Of a DNA stretch of 64,000 nt, positions 43,166 to 53,023 are shown piece after piece. A program made the position numbers and the translations under genes. The stretch is from Bryobacterales bacterium (GTDB lineage: Bacteria; Acidobacteriota; Terriglobia; Bryobacterales; UBA6623): positions 96,001 to 160,000 of the forward strand of contig OY729427.2 in NCBI GenBank assembly GCA_963422375.2, given 5' to 3'. Under the pieces are notes generated by a model, which was not told where the DNA came from, made no database searches, and saw only the letters and a list, made by a program, of their open reading frames with translations. Position 1 is the stretch's first letter; every line of letters begins with the position of its first letter.

Positions 43166-44680
43166 ATGAGATTCGCGCCACTCCTACTTCCCGTCACTGC
43201 GGTGCTGCTCGGTGCCTGCTCGAGGGCCCTCGATCACGAAACGGCAGGCGAGCATCCCAACGTCGTGCTATTCGTCAGCGACACCCATCGCTGGGGCGCC
43301 ATGTCGTTCACTCAGACCCCCCAGATCCGCACGCCCCAGATGGAGCGCCTTCGCAGCCAAGGCGCCTCGCTCGACCGGCACTACGTCAACCTGCCCATCT
43401 GCACCCCCTTCAGAGCGCTGCTGATGACGGGCCGGTGGCCCTACCAGCAGGGCCTGATGGCGAATCACATGTCGCTCACCCAGCGCGTCGACATGCCGGA
43501 GGGCCGCCGAGAGCGCGGCACCATTTCCTGGGCCTTCAAGGACGCGGGCTACGCTACCGCGCATTTCGGGAAGTGGCACTTGGGCGGGCGCGACGCGCGA
43601 CCGTTCGGTTTCGACAGGTCGGTCATCTGGCAGGGCACCAACAACCACCGGCGCAGCCGCTACTCGGTCGACGGCGGCGAACTCGTCGACTGGGAGGGCC
43701 TGTCGAACTCGACAGCGACGACGGACCAAGCCTTGGAATGGATCGAGTCTTCCTCGGCTCGCGAGCGGCCGTTCTTCGCGGTGATCTCGGTCAACCCGCC
43801 GCACGGTCCGTTCCACGACGCCCCGGAGGAAACGAAGGCGCTGTACCCGGACGAACAGGCGCTGCCGTTCCACCCGCTTGACGTGACGCGGGACTTTGAG
43901 CAGCACCGGGACTACCACGCGCTGATCAGCGCCATGGATTCCGATCTCGGCCGCGTCATGGACCGGTTGGACGCGCTGGGGATTGCCGATTCCACCATCC
44001 TCGCCTACACCTCGGACCACGGCGGCATGACCGGCATCGACGGCGTCGCCTACGGCCAGAAGCGTCATCCCAACGACGAATCGGCGCGCATTCCGTTCCT
44101 AGTCCGCTGGCCGGGCCAGCTGCCCGCTGGCGTCCGCCTCGACGCCCCGACATCGACTATCGACGTGTTCCCTACCCTCGTCTCGCTGGCCGGCCTCTCC
44201 CCATCGGACCTCGGCGATTCCGCCGAGTACGCGGCATCGCTACCCGGCACCGACCTGTCCGGGCTCCTGCGGGGGGAGGCGAACGCCGCCCGGCCCGACT
44301 CGGTGTTCCTCGCTCACCCGTCGAACATGAACAATCGCGGCAGCCGCCACGAGATCGTCTGGCGCGCCGTCGTCACAGACGACTTCACCTATGCCGTGAC
44401 CGAGCAGGGCGAGCATCGGCTGTGGGCCAACACCGACGGCTACCAGAGCGCCAACCTGCTGGCCGCCCCCGCCCACGTGGACACCCGCAAGCGCCTGTGG
44501 GGGCGTCTCGACCGCTGGATGGACGAAGCCGAGAGGCCCTTCTACGACAACTGGTTCGCCCGGGCCGCCCCGAGAGAGGTGGCCGCCTGGAACGCCGAGC
44601 ACGGGCTCGAGGACAAGGGCGCGGACCGGGAGGCGGGCCGCTCGGCGGTGTTCGACCTGAACGCTTCCAAGCCCGAATAA
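43166..44680 (+). CDS. Sulfatase (S1 family), lipoprotein-type signal
   Basis: LLGAC lipobox, PNVVLFVSD, CTPFR, GKWHL, NPPHGP, TSDHG. Alternative start at 43097. Confidence 0.9.
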   Translation: MRFAPLLLPVTAVLLGACSRALDHETAGEHPNVVLFVSDTHRWGAMSFTQTPQIRTPQMERLRSQGASLDRHYVNLPICTPFRALLMTGRWPYQQGLMANHMSLTQRVDMPEGRRERGTISWAFKDAGYATAHFGKWHLGGRDARPFGFDRSVIWQGTNNHRRSRYSVDGGELVDWEGLSNSTATTDQALEWIESSSARERPFFAVISVNPPHGPFHDAPEETKALYPDEQALPFHPLDVTRDFEQHRDYHALISAMDSDLGRVMDRLDALGIADSTILAYTSDHGGMTGIDGVAYGQKRHPNDESARIPFLVRWPGQLPAGVRLDAPTSTIDVFPTLVSLAGLSPSDLGDSAEYAASLPGTDLSGLLRGEANAARPDSVFLAHPSNMNNRGSRHEIVWRAVVTDDFTYAVTEQGEHRLWANTDGYQSANLLAAPAHVDTRKRLWGRLDRWMDEAERPFYDNWFARAAPREVAAWNAEHGLEDKGADREAGRSAVFDLNASKPE

Positions 44681-44700
44681 CGGGCCCCTCGCGCCTCCGC

Positions 44701-46221
44701 TCACTGCCCAAGCAGCGGCGACGGCATGCCCTCCAGCTTCCAGTTCGGATTCTGCAGCAGCCTCCAGGAACTCGTGAACGGGTACGCGTCCCATGGCGTC
44801 GCACCGCGCTGGCGCGGGTCGTCGTGGGCTTGGAGGTAGGCGTTCAGCCGCCATTGCAGCTCCTGCCGGACCGCGGTCATCGCGGGATCGCCGGCGACGT
44901 TCCGCAACTGGTGGGGATCCTCCCGCATGTCGTAGAGCTCCTCCGCGGGCCTGCGCCCGTACGCCATCAGGTAGTAGGGGCGGATCTCTGGATCCAGCGC
45001 GTTGGCCATCAGGAAAGCCTTGGTCACGCCCCGGTCGACGTCCCCGAAGAACCCCTGCGGCGGCGCGTTGTAGTCGGGGTCGCCCGCCGGCCAGCGGTCG
45101 GGCTCGTAGTTGCGGATGTACGCGTACCGGTGTGTGCGGATCGCGCGCATCGGATACCCGACGCCTCCGCGCCGCGCGATGGTGTGACGCTCGAAAGCCG
45201 TCACTGCGAAGTCCCGCGACTCGTCAACCAAGCCGCTCTCTGAGGACCGCGCCACCGGCCACAGGCTCCTGCCGGACATCGCTGCGGGCACCTCGACCGA
45301 GGCGGCGTCGAGGATCGTCGGAGCGATATCGACGAGGCTCGCCAAGTCGTCCACGGTGCGCCCTCCCGGAATCGCCCCCGGCAGGCGGATCGCCAGTGGG
45401 ACGCGCGTTCCGGAGTCGTACAGATTGCACTTCGAGCGCGGCAGCGGGTTGCCGTGGTCGCTCGTGACGATCACCAAGGTGCTGTCGAGCTCGCCGTCCT
45501 TCTCGAGGGTCGCCAAGGCCCGCCCGAGGTGGCTGTCGAAATGCTCGATCTCGATCCCGTAGTCCAGGATCTCTCCGCGAACCTCCGGACGGTCCGGCAG
45601 CGCGCCCGGAAGCAACGCGTCGGCGAGGCTCTTGCCCGCCCTCTTCCAAGCTCCGATGTCATAGCGCTGGTGCGGCTCCGACGTGCCCAGCCAGAAGAAG
45701 AACGGCTTGTCGCGGTCCCTCTGCGCGTAGAAGTCGTCGAAGTTGGCCGCGTAGTCCAAGCTGTTCAGTCCCGGTCGGCGCTGCGACTCGGGTAATTCGC
45801 GATCAGCGAACCTCTTGCCAAAGATTTCCCGCTGCCAGCCCTCCAGCCGGCCCGGCCCCCAAGTCTTCCCGGTGGCGCCCAATTCGTAGCCGGCGTCCTC
45901 GAGCAGCAGGGTGAAGACGGTGAACTTGGACCGCAGGATGCCGAGCAGGATGCCGCCTTCCTCGAGCTCCCAGATATTGCGGCCCGTCAGTATCGCGCTG
46001 CGCGAGGGGGCGCACGACGGCGCGGAGGTGAACGCGTACCTGAACAGCACGCCCTCCCGCGCCACCCGGTCGAAGGCCGGCGTGCTGACGCCGGTGGCTC
46101 CGTAGGCGCCCGCATGCATCGCGGACTGGTCGTCCGAGATCGCGAAGAGGACGTTGGGACGGCCCTCCTGCGCGGCGGCCGCCGAAAGTGCGAGGAAGAA
46201 AAATGCCAAGCCTGCGCGCAT
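44701..46221 (-). CDS. Sulfatase (N-sulfoglucosamine sulfohydrolase-like)
   Basis: RPNVLFAISDDQS, CAPSR, TSDHG.P.PRSKCNLYD.G, YPMRAIRT, EELYD. Confidence 0.9.
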   Translation of the reverse strand: MRAGLAFFFLALSAAAAQEGRPNVLFAISDDQSAMHAGAYGATGVSTPAFDRVAREGVLFRYAFTSAPSCAPSRSAILTGRNIWELEEGGILLGILRSKFTVFTLLLEDAGYELGATGKTWGPGRLEGWQREIFGKRFADRELPESQRRPGLNSLDYAANFDDFYAQRDRDKPFFFWLGTSEPHQRYDIGAWKRAGKSLADALLPGALPDRPEVRGEILDYGIEIEHFDSHLGRALATLEKDGELDSTLVIVTSDHGNPLPRSKCNLYDSGTRVPLAIRLPGAIPGGRTVDDLASLVDIAPTILDAASVEVPAAMSGRSLWPVARSSESGLVDESRDFAVTAFERHTIARRGGVGYPMRAIRTHRYAYIRNYEPDRWPAGDPDYNAPPQGFFGDVDRGVTKAFLMANALDPEIRPYYLMAYGRRPAEELYDMREDPHQLRNVAGDPAMTAVRQELQWRLNAYLQAHDDPRQRGATPWDAYPFTSSWRLLQNPNWKLEGMPSPLLGQ

Positions 46222-46309
46222 ACCGAATCCGGCCGCCCATTATGGCAAGGCTGCGCGGTCCCGCCGGGGCCACCGGGCTGACCCCGGGGATGCGGGCCCG
46301 GCAGGCCCG

Positions 46310-47740
46310 CTAGGCCAGCAGTCCGCCCTGCACCTGCCCGCTGACGTCCGTCAGGCGGAATTCCCTGCCCATGAAGCGGTAGGTGAGCTTCTCGTGGTCG
46401 ATGCCCATCAGGTGCAGGATCGTCGCCTGCAGGTCATGCACGTGAACCGGATCCCGCGTGATGCTCAGGCACAGATCGTCGGTCTCCCCGTGCACGTGGC
46501 CCGGCCGGACCCCTCCGCCCGCCATCCACATCGAGTAGGCCGTCGGCTGGTGGTCCCGGCCCGCGTTGGCCGCCTCTTCCGGCTTGCGGATCTCGACCAT
46601 CGGCGTGCGCCCGAACTCCCCGCCCCAGACGACCAGCGTCTCGTCCAGCAGGCCGCGCTGCCGGAGATCCTTGATGAGCGCGGCGGTGGGCCGGTCGGTC
46701 TCCTGCATGCGCTGCGGCAGCTTCCGGTTCAGGTAGGTGTGGTCGTCCCACGAGGCGTCCATCATCAGCACCGAGCGAACCCCCCGCTCGACGAGCCGAC
46801 GCGCCAGCAGGCAGTTGGTGGCGTACTGCCGACGGTGCTCGTTGTCGCTCTCGATGCCGTACATCGCGAGCGTCTCGGGGGTTTCGTCGGATAGATCGAC
46901 CAAGTCCGGCGCCTCCGCCTGCATGCGAAACGCCAGCTCGTAGGCGTTGATGCGCGAGGCGATCTCCTCGTCGCCGGTCGCTGCGTAGCGAATCCGGTTC
47001 ATGTCGCTGACGAAGCCGATGGTCTCGCGCTGGATCTCGCCGGTCACGCCCGGCGGATTGGACAAGTAGAGGATCGGGTCGCCCTGGTTGCGGAAGAGCG
47101 TTCCTTGGAAATGGGAGGGCATGAAGCCCGACGAGAAGTTCGTGGTTCCCCCGGACGTGCCCTTGCCCGAGGCCAGCACGACGAACCCGGGCAGGTTCCT
47201 CGACTCGCTGCCCAGGCCGTACAGCAGCCAGGACCCGAGGGTCGGGCGGCCCGGCACGGTAGCCCCGGTAAACAGCAGCAGCTGGCCCGGGTGATGGTTG
47301 AACGCATCCCCGTGCATCGAGCGGACCAGGCAGATCTCATCCGCGACGGAACTCAGGTGCGGTGCCAGCTCGGACAGCTCCATGCCGCACTCGCCCCGCG
47401 GCTCGAACCGGTAGCGGCTCGCCATGACCTTGGCCGTGGGCTTGATGAAGGCCAGCGTCAGGTCCTTCGTGACCGACTCTGGCAGCGACTGGCCGTCCCA
47501 GCGCTCGAGCTCGGGCTTGGGGTCGAACAGTTCGTACTGGCTGGGCCCTCCCTCCATGAACATGAAGATCACGTTCTTGGCCTTCGGGGCGAAATGCGGA
47601 GCCTTCGGCGCGAGGGGGCCGGCAGCGGTCAGGCCGTCGTCCGCCAGGAGCTCTCCCAACGCCGCGGCGCCAATGCCGCCGGCGACGGCGCGCAGGAAGT
47701 CGCGGCGTCCGTGGATCGCCCTAAACTGCGCGCGTGTCAC
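46310..47740 (-). CDS. DUF1501 domain protein
   Basis: GRRDFL, GGPSQYELFDPKP, CLLARRLVERGVR, WGGEFGRTP, GRDH. Confidence 0.95.
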   Translation of the reverse strand: MTRAQFRAIHGRRDFLRAVAGGIGAAALGELLADDGLTAAGPLAPKAPHFAPKAKNVIFMFMEGGPSQYELFDPKPELERWDGQSLPESVTKDLTLAFIKPTAKVMASRYRFEPRGECGMELSELAPHLSSVADEICLVRSMHGDAFNHHPGQLLLFTGATVPGRPTLGSWLLYGLGSESRNLPGFVVLASGKGTSGGTTNFSSGFMPSHFQGTLFRNQGDPILYLSNPPGVTGEIQRETIGFVSDMNRIRYAATGDEEIASRINAYELAFRMQAEAPDLVDLSDETPETLAMYGIESDNEHRRQYATNCLLARRLVERGVRSVLMMDASWDDHTYLNRKLPQRMQETDRPTAALIKDLRQRGLLDETLVVWGGEFGRTPMVEIRKPEEAANAGRDHQPTAYSMWMAGGGVRPGHVHGETDDLCLSITRDPVHVHDLQATILHLMGIDHEKLTYRFMGREFRLTDVSGQVQGGLLA

Positions 47741-47824
47741 GGCCAGTCGCACACCATTGTACAGGCGAGGCTCCCGGGCCGAGCCCGGTTCGGGGTCCGG
47801 CGCGCTCGTCGGGGCGCCTGCCCG

Positions 47825-48106
47825 CTAGCTGCCGCGGAAAAACACGAAGAACACCGCTCCCAAGACGATCGCGACGATGAAGAACAGCCGCCACGGAAAC
47901 GGGTCCGGCTCGTAGCCGGACCGTCCCGATTCGTAGTCCTCGCGAAGCTGCTTGCGGAAGTCCCACGAGGCTAGGGCGTACGCGGATAGGCCTACCAAGC
48001 AGGCCAAGGTACCCACGTCGCGGTACTTCTCCTGGAAGAGGCCCAGCGTGCCGAGGACCGCTCCCACGCCCAACGATACGAGGCTGGCTACACCTAGCTT
48101 GCCCAT
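47825..48106 (-). CDS. Small hypothetical membrane protein (about 3 TM)
   Basis: 93 aa with three hydrophobic segments; co-oriented with the flanking genes. Confidence 0.6.
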   Translation of the reverse strand: MGKLGVASLVSLGVGAVLGTLGLFQEKYRDVGTLACLVGLSAYALASWDFRKQLREDYESGRSGYEPDPFPWRLFFIVAIVLGAVFFVFFRGS

Positions 48107-48141
48107 CGGGCCTCAGCGTACCCCAGACCGGCCCGGAGCGA

Positions 48142-49581
48142 TCAGGCCCCGCCGTAGTCCGCCCCTGCCGCGCTTCGCGCGCACGACTCGTCCCACTCGC
48201 GCAGCTCCCTCTTCATGGCAGCGGCAACGCCGGGCAGCGCCTCGACCAAGTTGTGACGCTCCCCCGGATCGACCGCTAGGTCGAACAGCATGTCCTCGCC
48301 GTCCCGCTCGCTGTCCAGATAGGAAAGGAGCTTGTAGCGGTCGCCGACCAGCGCGTGGTCCGGGGATCCCAGCCTGCTGCGCTTGCCGTTCTCCGCGCCG
48401 TCCGGGCACTGGAACGCGATCCGCTTCCCGCGCTCGGTCATCCCGCCGTCGATCACCGACACGAGGCTCAGCCCGTCGGCCGGCCGACCGCCGGTGGGAG
48501 GGTCCAGCCCCAGCGCGGCAGAAACGGTCGGGAAAAAGTCGCTGGTGGAAGCGGGCACGCTCGTGGACCGGCCGGCCGCGACGCGGCTCGGCCATTCCAG
48601 CAGGCCCGGCACGCGGACGCCGCCCTCGAACAGGCTGCGCTTGCGCCCGCGCAGGCCGCCGCTCGAGCCGCGGTTGTTGCGCACTTGGGGCGTCCTGCCC
48701 TCGGGCCCGTTGTCGCTGCAATACCACAGCATGGTGTCGCCCGCGACGCCCAAGGCCTTCAGTTCCGCTCGCAGCCTGCCCACTTGCTCGTCGAGCGCGG
48801 TGATGCAGCCGTAGTAGTGCTGCTCGCCCTCGCTGAATTGCGAGTACTGCGCCCGATGGGCCGGCCCCGCCAGCACCGGGCTGTGGGGCGCGTGGAACCA
48901 GATCACCGCGAAGAACGGCTTGCCCTGCCCCGTCGCATCGCGGATGAACGGGATGGCGCGGTCCATGATCACCCGCGAGTCGTCGCCCTCGAGATTCTCG
49001 GTCGCGGCCTCGCCCGGCCCGGTCCAGTACTGCGAGGGAAAGGCCTGGTCCGCCATCGGATTCCACGTCGGCATCTGCACCTCGGCCGAGAAGGAGACGT
49101 CGAAGCCGTGCTCCCAAGGCGGCGCGTAGTGCTCGGGGCGGCGTCCTCCGCGACGGCCGTCCTCGGTGTCGTTGGTCAGCGTCCCGAGATGCCACTTGCC
49201 GAAGTGTCCGGTCGCGTAGCCCTCCTGCCGGAGCACCTCCGCCAAGGTGATCTCTCCGTCCCTGATGTGGCCGGCATTCGCCGTGGGGATGCCGTAGCGA
49301 TACGGATGCCGTCCGGTCAGGGCGCTGCCGCGCGTCGGCGAGCAGACCGGGGCGCCGGAATAGAACCGGTCGAAGCGCAGACCGGCGCGGCTCATGGCGT
49401 CGAGATGAGGCGTCTTGAGAAACGGATGCCCGTTGTAGCCGGTGTCGCCCCAGCCTTGATCGTCGGCCATGCAGAGGATCACGTTCGGCCGCTTCGCTCT
49501 CGCGCCCGCGCACGCGGCAAGCGACGCGCCGGCCAGGGCCGTGGCGCAGCCTAGGACCTCCCTCCGGCTCGGCTTCTGCAT
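48142..49581 (-). CDS. Tat-exported sulfatase (GalNAc-6-sulfatase-like)
   Basis: SRREVLG Tat motif, PNVILCMADDQGWGD, CSPTR, GKWHLG, SDNGP. Confidence 0.92.
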   Translation of the reverse strand: MQKPSRREVLGCATALAGASLAACAGARAKRPNVILCMADDQGWGDTGYNGHPFLKTPHLDAMSRAGLRFDRFYSGAPVCSPTRGSALTGRHPYRYGIPTANAGHIRDGEITLAEVLRQEGYATGHFGKWHLGTLTNDTEDGRRGGRRPEHYAPPWEHGFDVSFSAEVQMPTWNPMADQAFPSQYWTGPGEAATENLEGDDSRVIMDRAIPFIRDATGQGKPFFAVIWFHAPHSPVLAGPAHRAQYSQFSEGEQHYYGCITALDEQVGRLRAELKALGVAGDTMLWYCSDNGPEGRTPQVRNNRGSSGGLRGRKRSLFEGGVRVPGLLEWPSRVAAGRSTSVPASTSDFFPTVSAALGLDPPTGGRPADGLSLVSVIDGGMTERGKRIAFQCPDGAENGKRSRLGSPDHALVGDRYKLLSYLDSERDGEDMLFDLAVDPGERHNLVEALPGVAAAMKRELREWDESCARSAAGADYGGA

Positions 49582-49606
49582 CTCGTGCATCCCGTCCACC
49601 TACTCC

Positions 49607-51052
49607 CTAGCGATCCAGCGCCGCTGTCGCGCCGACGGCCCCGGCCGTCTGGCCGAAACAATATATGCGGCCGGCGGTGCGGACGAACAGCCGACCGCCG
49701 GCGATGGCGGGAGTCGCATAGACATCCTCTCGCAGGTCATTCGTTCGCAACACCTTCCAGTCGGGCCCGGCCTCCAGCACGACCACCTTCCCGGCATCGC
49801 TAACCATATACACCTTGCCGTCGCCGGCCACGGGCGACGCGTAATACCCCTCCAGCGCCTCGCGCAAGCGCCCCTGCTTGAGCACGCTGCCGGACAAGGG
49901 GTCGAGCGCGGTGACGATTCCCCCGTTGCGGACCAGGTACAGCACGCCCTTGTAGAGGATCGGCGAGGAGACGTCCGGCAGGGACTTCCGGTGGCGCCAC
50001 AGCACGTGCGACTGGGTGACGTCGCCGCTCCCGCCCAGCCGAATCGCGATGCAAGCGTTCTCTGAAACGCGCCGAGCGCGATAGTGGGCCCAGTCCCTAG
50101 CGTTCATGGTGCCGTTCTTGTTGCGGTCGTGCATCTCCCAGTTGCCCGGCAGCCACCCCGCGGGGACTTCCGCCTTGTCCAGCTCGCCGTCCTGGTTCGC
50201 GTCAAACTGCGCACGCATTTCCTCGAACCGAGGCAACTCAAGGCGCACCTCCGGCTCCCCGCCGGGAGCCCATCCGTTGAAGAACAGCCGGTCGCCATGC
50301 ATGACGGGCCCGGACTTGACCTGGTAGGTCAGGCCGTCGATGCGCCAAACTTCCCGCCCGTCCGCGGCATAGGCGGTCATGCGGTACGATCCGGGCACGA
50401 CGATTTCGGTAGCGCCGCCGGCGGGTTCGTGAATCACGGGCGTCGAGAAGCTATGCACAAAGTCGGGCCGCGCCTGCTTCCAGAGAATCTCGCCGTTGCG
50501 TGGATCCAACGCCAGAATGTGAGCGTCCAGATCCTGGTCGCAGACGAGGACAAGCTTGCCGCCGACCAGAATCGGTGAGGCTCCCATCCCGTGAAAGTTC
50601 GAGAAAGGCCCCAGCGGCAGGGTCCACAGCTCCCTGCCGTCGGCACCGTACGCCACTACGCCGAACCCGCCGAAGAAGGCGTAGACGCTGCTCCCGTCAG
50701 TCACCGGGGTCGGCGATGCCTCGTCGTTCAGCCGGTGCATCTGTTCGACCCGCGCGGAAGGCGCGGCCCTGCGCCAAAGCTCGTTGCCGGTGGCTCGGTC
50801 AAGAGCGAGCGTTAGCAGCTCGCCGCCCTCGTGCCCTGTCAGGAAGACACGTGTCTCCGTCAGGACCGGGGAGGACTTGCCGGGCGGCAGCGCCGTGGAC
50901 CAGACAACGTTCGAATCGGGGCCGAATTCGACGGGCAGCGGCCCCGCCTCCGACACCCCGCTGCCGTTCGGCCCGCGGAACCGAGTCCAGTCAGACGCGA
51001 GAGCGACATTCGTGCAGAGCAAGGCCGCAAGGATCACCGCACCCAGCCGCAT
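49607..51052 (-). CDS. PQQ-binding-like beta-propeller protein with an EF-hand-like insert
   Basis: Signal peptide then DWTRFRGPNGSG, repeated SSP/ASP and G..LW motifs, DANQDGELD and DRNKNGTMN loops. Confidence 0.88.
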   Translation of the reverse strand: MRLGAVILAALLCTNVALASDWTRFRGPNGSGVSEAGPLPVEFGPDSNVVWSTALPPGKSSPVLTETRVFLTGHEGGELLTLALDRATGNELWRRAAPSARVEQMHRLNDEASPTPVTDGSSVYAFFGGFGVVAYGADGRELWTLPLGPFSNFHGMGASPILVGGKLVLVCDQDLDAHILALDPRNGEILWKQARPDFVHSFSTPVIHEPAGGATEIVVPGSYRMTAYAADGREVWRIDGLTYQVKSGPVMHGDRLFFNGWAPGGEPEVRLELPRFEEMRAQFDANQDGELDKAEVPAGWLPGNWEMHDRNKNGTMNARDWAHYRARRVSENACIAIRLGGSGDVTQSHVLWRHRKSLPDVSSPILYKGVLYLVRNGGIVTALDPLSGSVLKQGRLREALEGYYASPVAGDGKVYMVSDAGKVVVLEAGPDWKVLRTNDLREDVYATPAIAGGRLFVRTAGRIYCFGQTAGAVGATAALDR

Positions 51053-52009
51053 CGCTAGAGGATAGCCCATGGGAGCGGCCCTGGCCGCCTGCCCCGAGGG
51101 CGGAGACCGATGAACGGAAGTCCGGACATCGATTGCCTGAATTCGGGAATGCGGGCTGTCACGTTGGTCCGCCGGCATAGCGGATTTCGAATGGCCGCGA
51201 CCATGGTGCGGCTGCCGAGACCGGGAATCTCTCGGCTCCGTCGCGTCTGGCACCGGCCGAGCGGGCGACCTGCTAGGCGATTGGCGGATTCGTCCGCTTC
51301 TCGGCGGGCCCGCCGGTCGCGGGAGCATTGCGCCAGGACCGTGCTGCCGCGGTAAGCGGCAGCGCGGGCGATCCCTCGCAGCGTCTTCCGAGCTTCCAGC
51401 AGACCAGCATCACAACCTAGGGTGGACGTCCAGCCTCGCCCGGCAGAACCCGAATGTGCATAGGTGCCAAGATGTCCCCGCTCCACTGCCTCTTCAGGGA
51501 CGCCAGCGCGCTGGAGCGCGGCGAGGCGCACCCCGACGAATAGAAGCGCTATGAATCGACGTCGGCCATCTCGACCATCCTGGCAGTGCAGAGCCATGAC
51601 AAAGTAAGGCTCGTCATGCCGAACAACAGAACGGCAGGGAATCAGCTACGGACCTCGAACGGCGACAGCAAGGAGTTACGAATCTCATTGGGCCGGTTGA
51701 TCTCACATCAGCGGTGCATCCGACACAGTGCTACATAGACGATACGGCGCTCAGGGGAGAGTAACTCCTAATCACATCAAATCACATGCATTCGGAGCAA
51801 CATATTTGCCTGCTATTTCAATTCATTCTTATTCTGTCAATCTGCTGACAAATCCTGCATTAATTGAATTGGAAATCTCGATCTCATTGTGTTAGAACTA
51901 TCAGTGTTTGGAGACAGAAATCAGAAACATGCTGGCTACATATTGGTGCATTTTCGGTTTGAAAAATTGGCTCAATGTCGAGGTCGAACTTAGTTAACTT
52001 ATCGTACAC

Positions 52010-53023
52010 TCAGGTCTTGATATTGACCCTATTTAGGATCGATTCGGCGAGACTTTGAAAACAGTCCAAGGCATCTCTCACAGCGGCGGCGTGACCTCCG
52101 AACGCGCCATCTGCATTTGTCAACCTAAAGATAGGCTTGCGGGCTTCCTGTGACATAGACACTAAACTACGGTAATGCCGAATCGTCGAAAGACAGTTTT
52201 CATCTTCTAGAGGTGTCGATGGGAAAGGGCCAACGCATTGACCTCCAAGAGCTGATGCGTATTCCTTAGGAATCCTATTGAACCACTTATCGTTTGCTTT
52301 GATTGGTCGCTTCAAGCGAACCGAATGCTGCTGAACAACGTATCCAATTGGCTTCACCTGTCCAAGAGGCAAAGGGAACTCCGGTGGATCCCAATCTTTG
52401 CGCCGTCTAGCCCAGCTTTCCCTCCACTTATTTAGAGTCGGCCCTAGATTGCGTAACGCTTGTAGAGAGAATATATCGGCTCCTAATGGTACAACGATAA
52501 AGTCGGTACAGATGAGTACAGATCGGTTGATGGCACCAAGATTAGGGCCAACGTCAACCAGAATGATTGAAGCGTCCATATCGTGCGCAGCTTGCTGAGC
52601 AACGATTGAAAACGACGTGAGAATGCGGAACGGCCGGAATCGTTCGTCCGCACCTATAGCTCTGGGCCACTCCATGGATAGAGAATCTTCAAACCACGAA
52701 AGTCCTAGGTCCCCCGGGATCAATCTCAGATTTGGATTAATCGAGGCCAATTCTGGAAACTCAATATCACCAATTTGTGTCAATGGCCTGACACATCGGT
52801 AAATGGTTGTGAGAGAGTAATTCTCGGGATTCCAGATTGTCTCGAGGCGATCTTCACTGAGAAATGCAGCCGTTAGATTCGCTTGCGGATCGAAATCACA
52901 GGCCAGCACCCTCTCACCCATATCCGAAAGCATCCATGCCAAATGGTAGACTAGAGATGTCTTCCCGACTCCTCCCTTATTGTTAAATAGGGTTACAACA
53001 GGGACATGCAGCGTGTCCATCAA
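52010..53023 (-). CDS. ParA/AAA_31-family ATPase (no parB adjacent)
   Basis: FNNKGGVGKT deviant Walker A, DFDPQANLT, DVGPNLGAINR, HYRSL..MSQEARKPIF. Lower GC; 4-bp overlap with the upstream gene. Confidence 0.88.
   Translation of the reverse strand: MMDTLHVPVVTLFNNKGGVGKTSLVYHLAWMLSDMGERVLACDFDPQANLTAAFLSEDRLETIWNPENYSLTTIYRCVRPLTQIGDIEFPELASINPNLRLIPGDLGLSWFEDSLSMEWPRAIGADERFRPFRILTSFSIVAQQAAHDMDASIILVDVGPNLGAINRSVLICTDFIVVPLGADIFSLQALRNLGPTLNKWRESWARRRKDWDPPEFPLPLGQVKPIGYVVQQHSVRLKRPIKANDKWFNRIPKEYASALGGQCVGPFPSTPLEDENCLSTIRHYRSLVSMSQEARKPIFRLTNADGAFGGHAAAVRDALDCFQSLAESILNRVNIKT

Noticed and set aside
52010..53023. Plasmid or chromosome partitioning locus
   Set aside because: No parB, parS repeats or rep gene nearby; the gene is coupled to an AlbA_2 gene instead.
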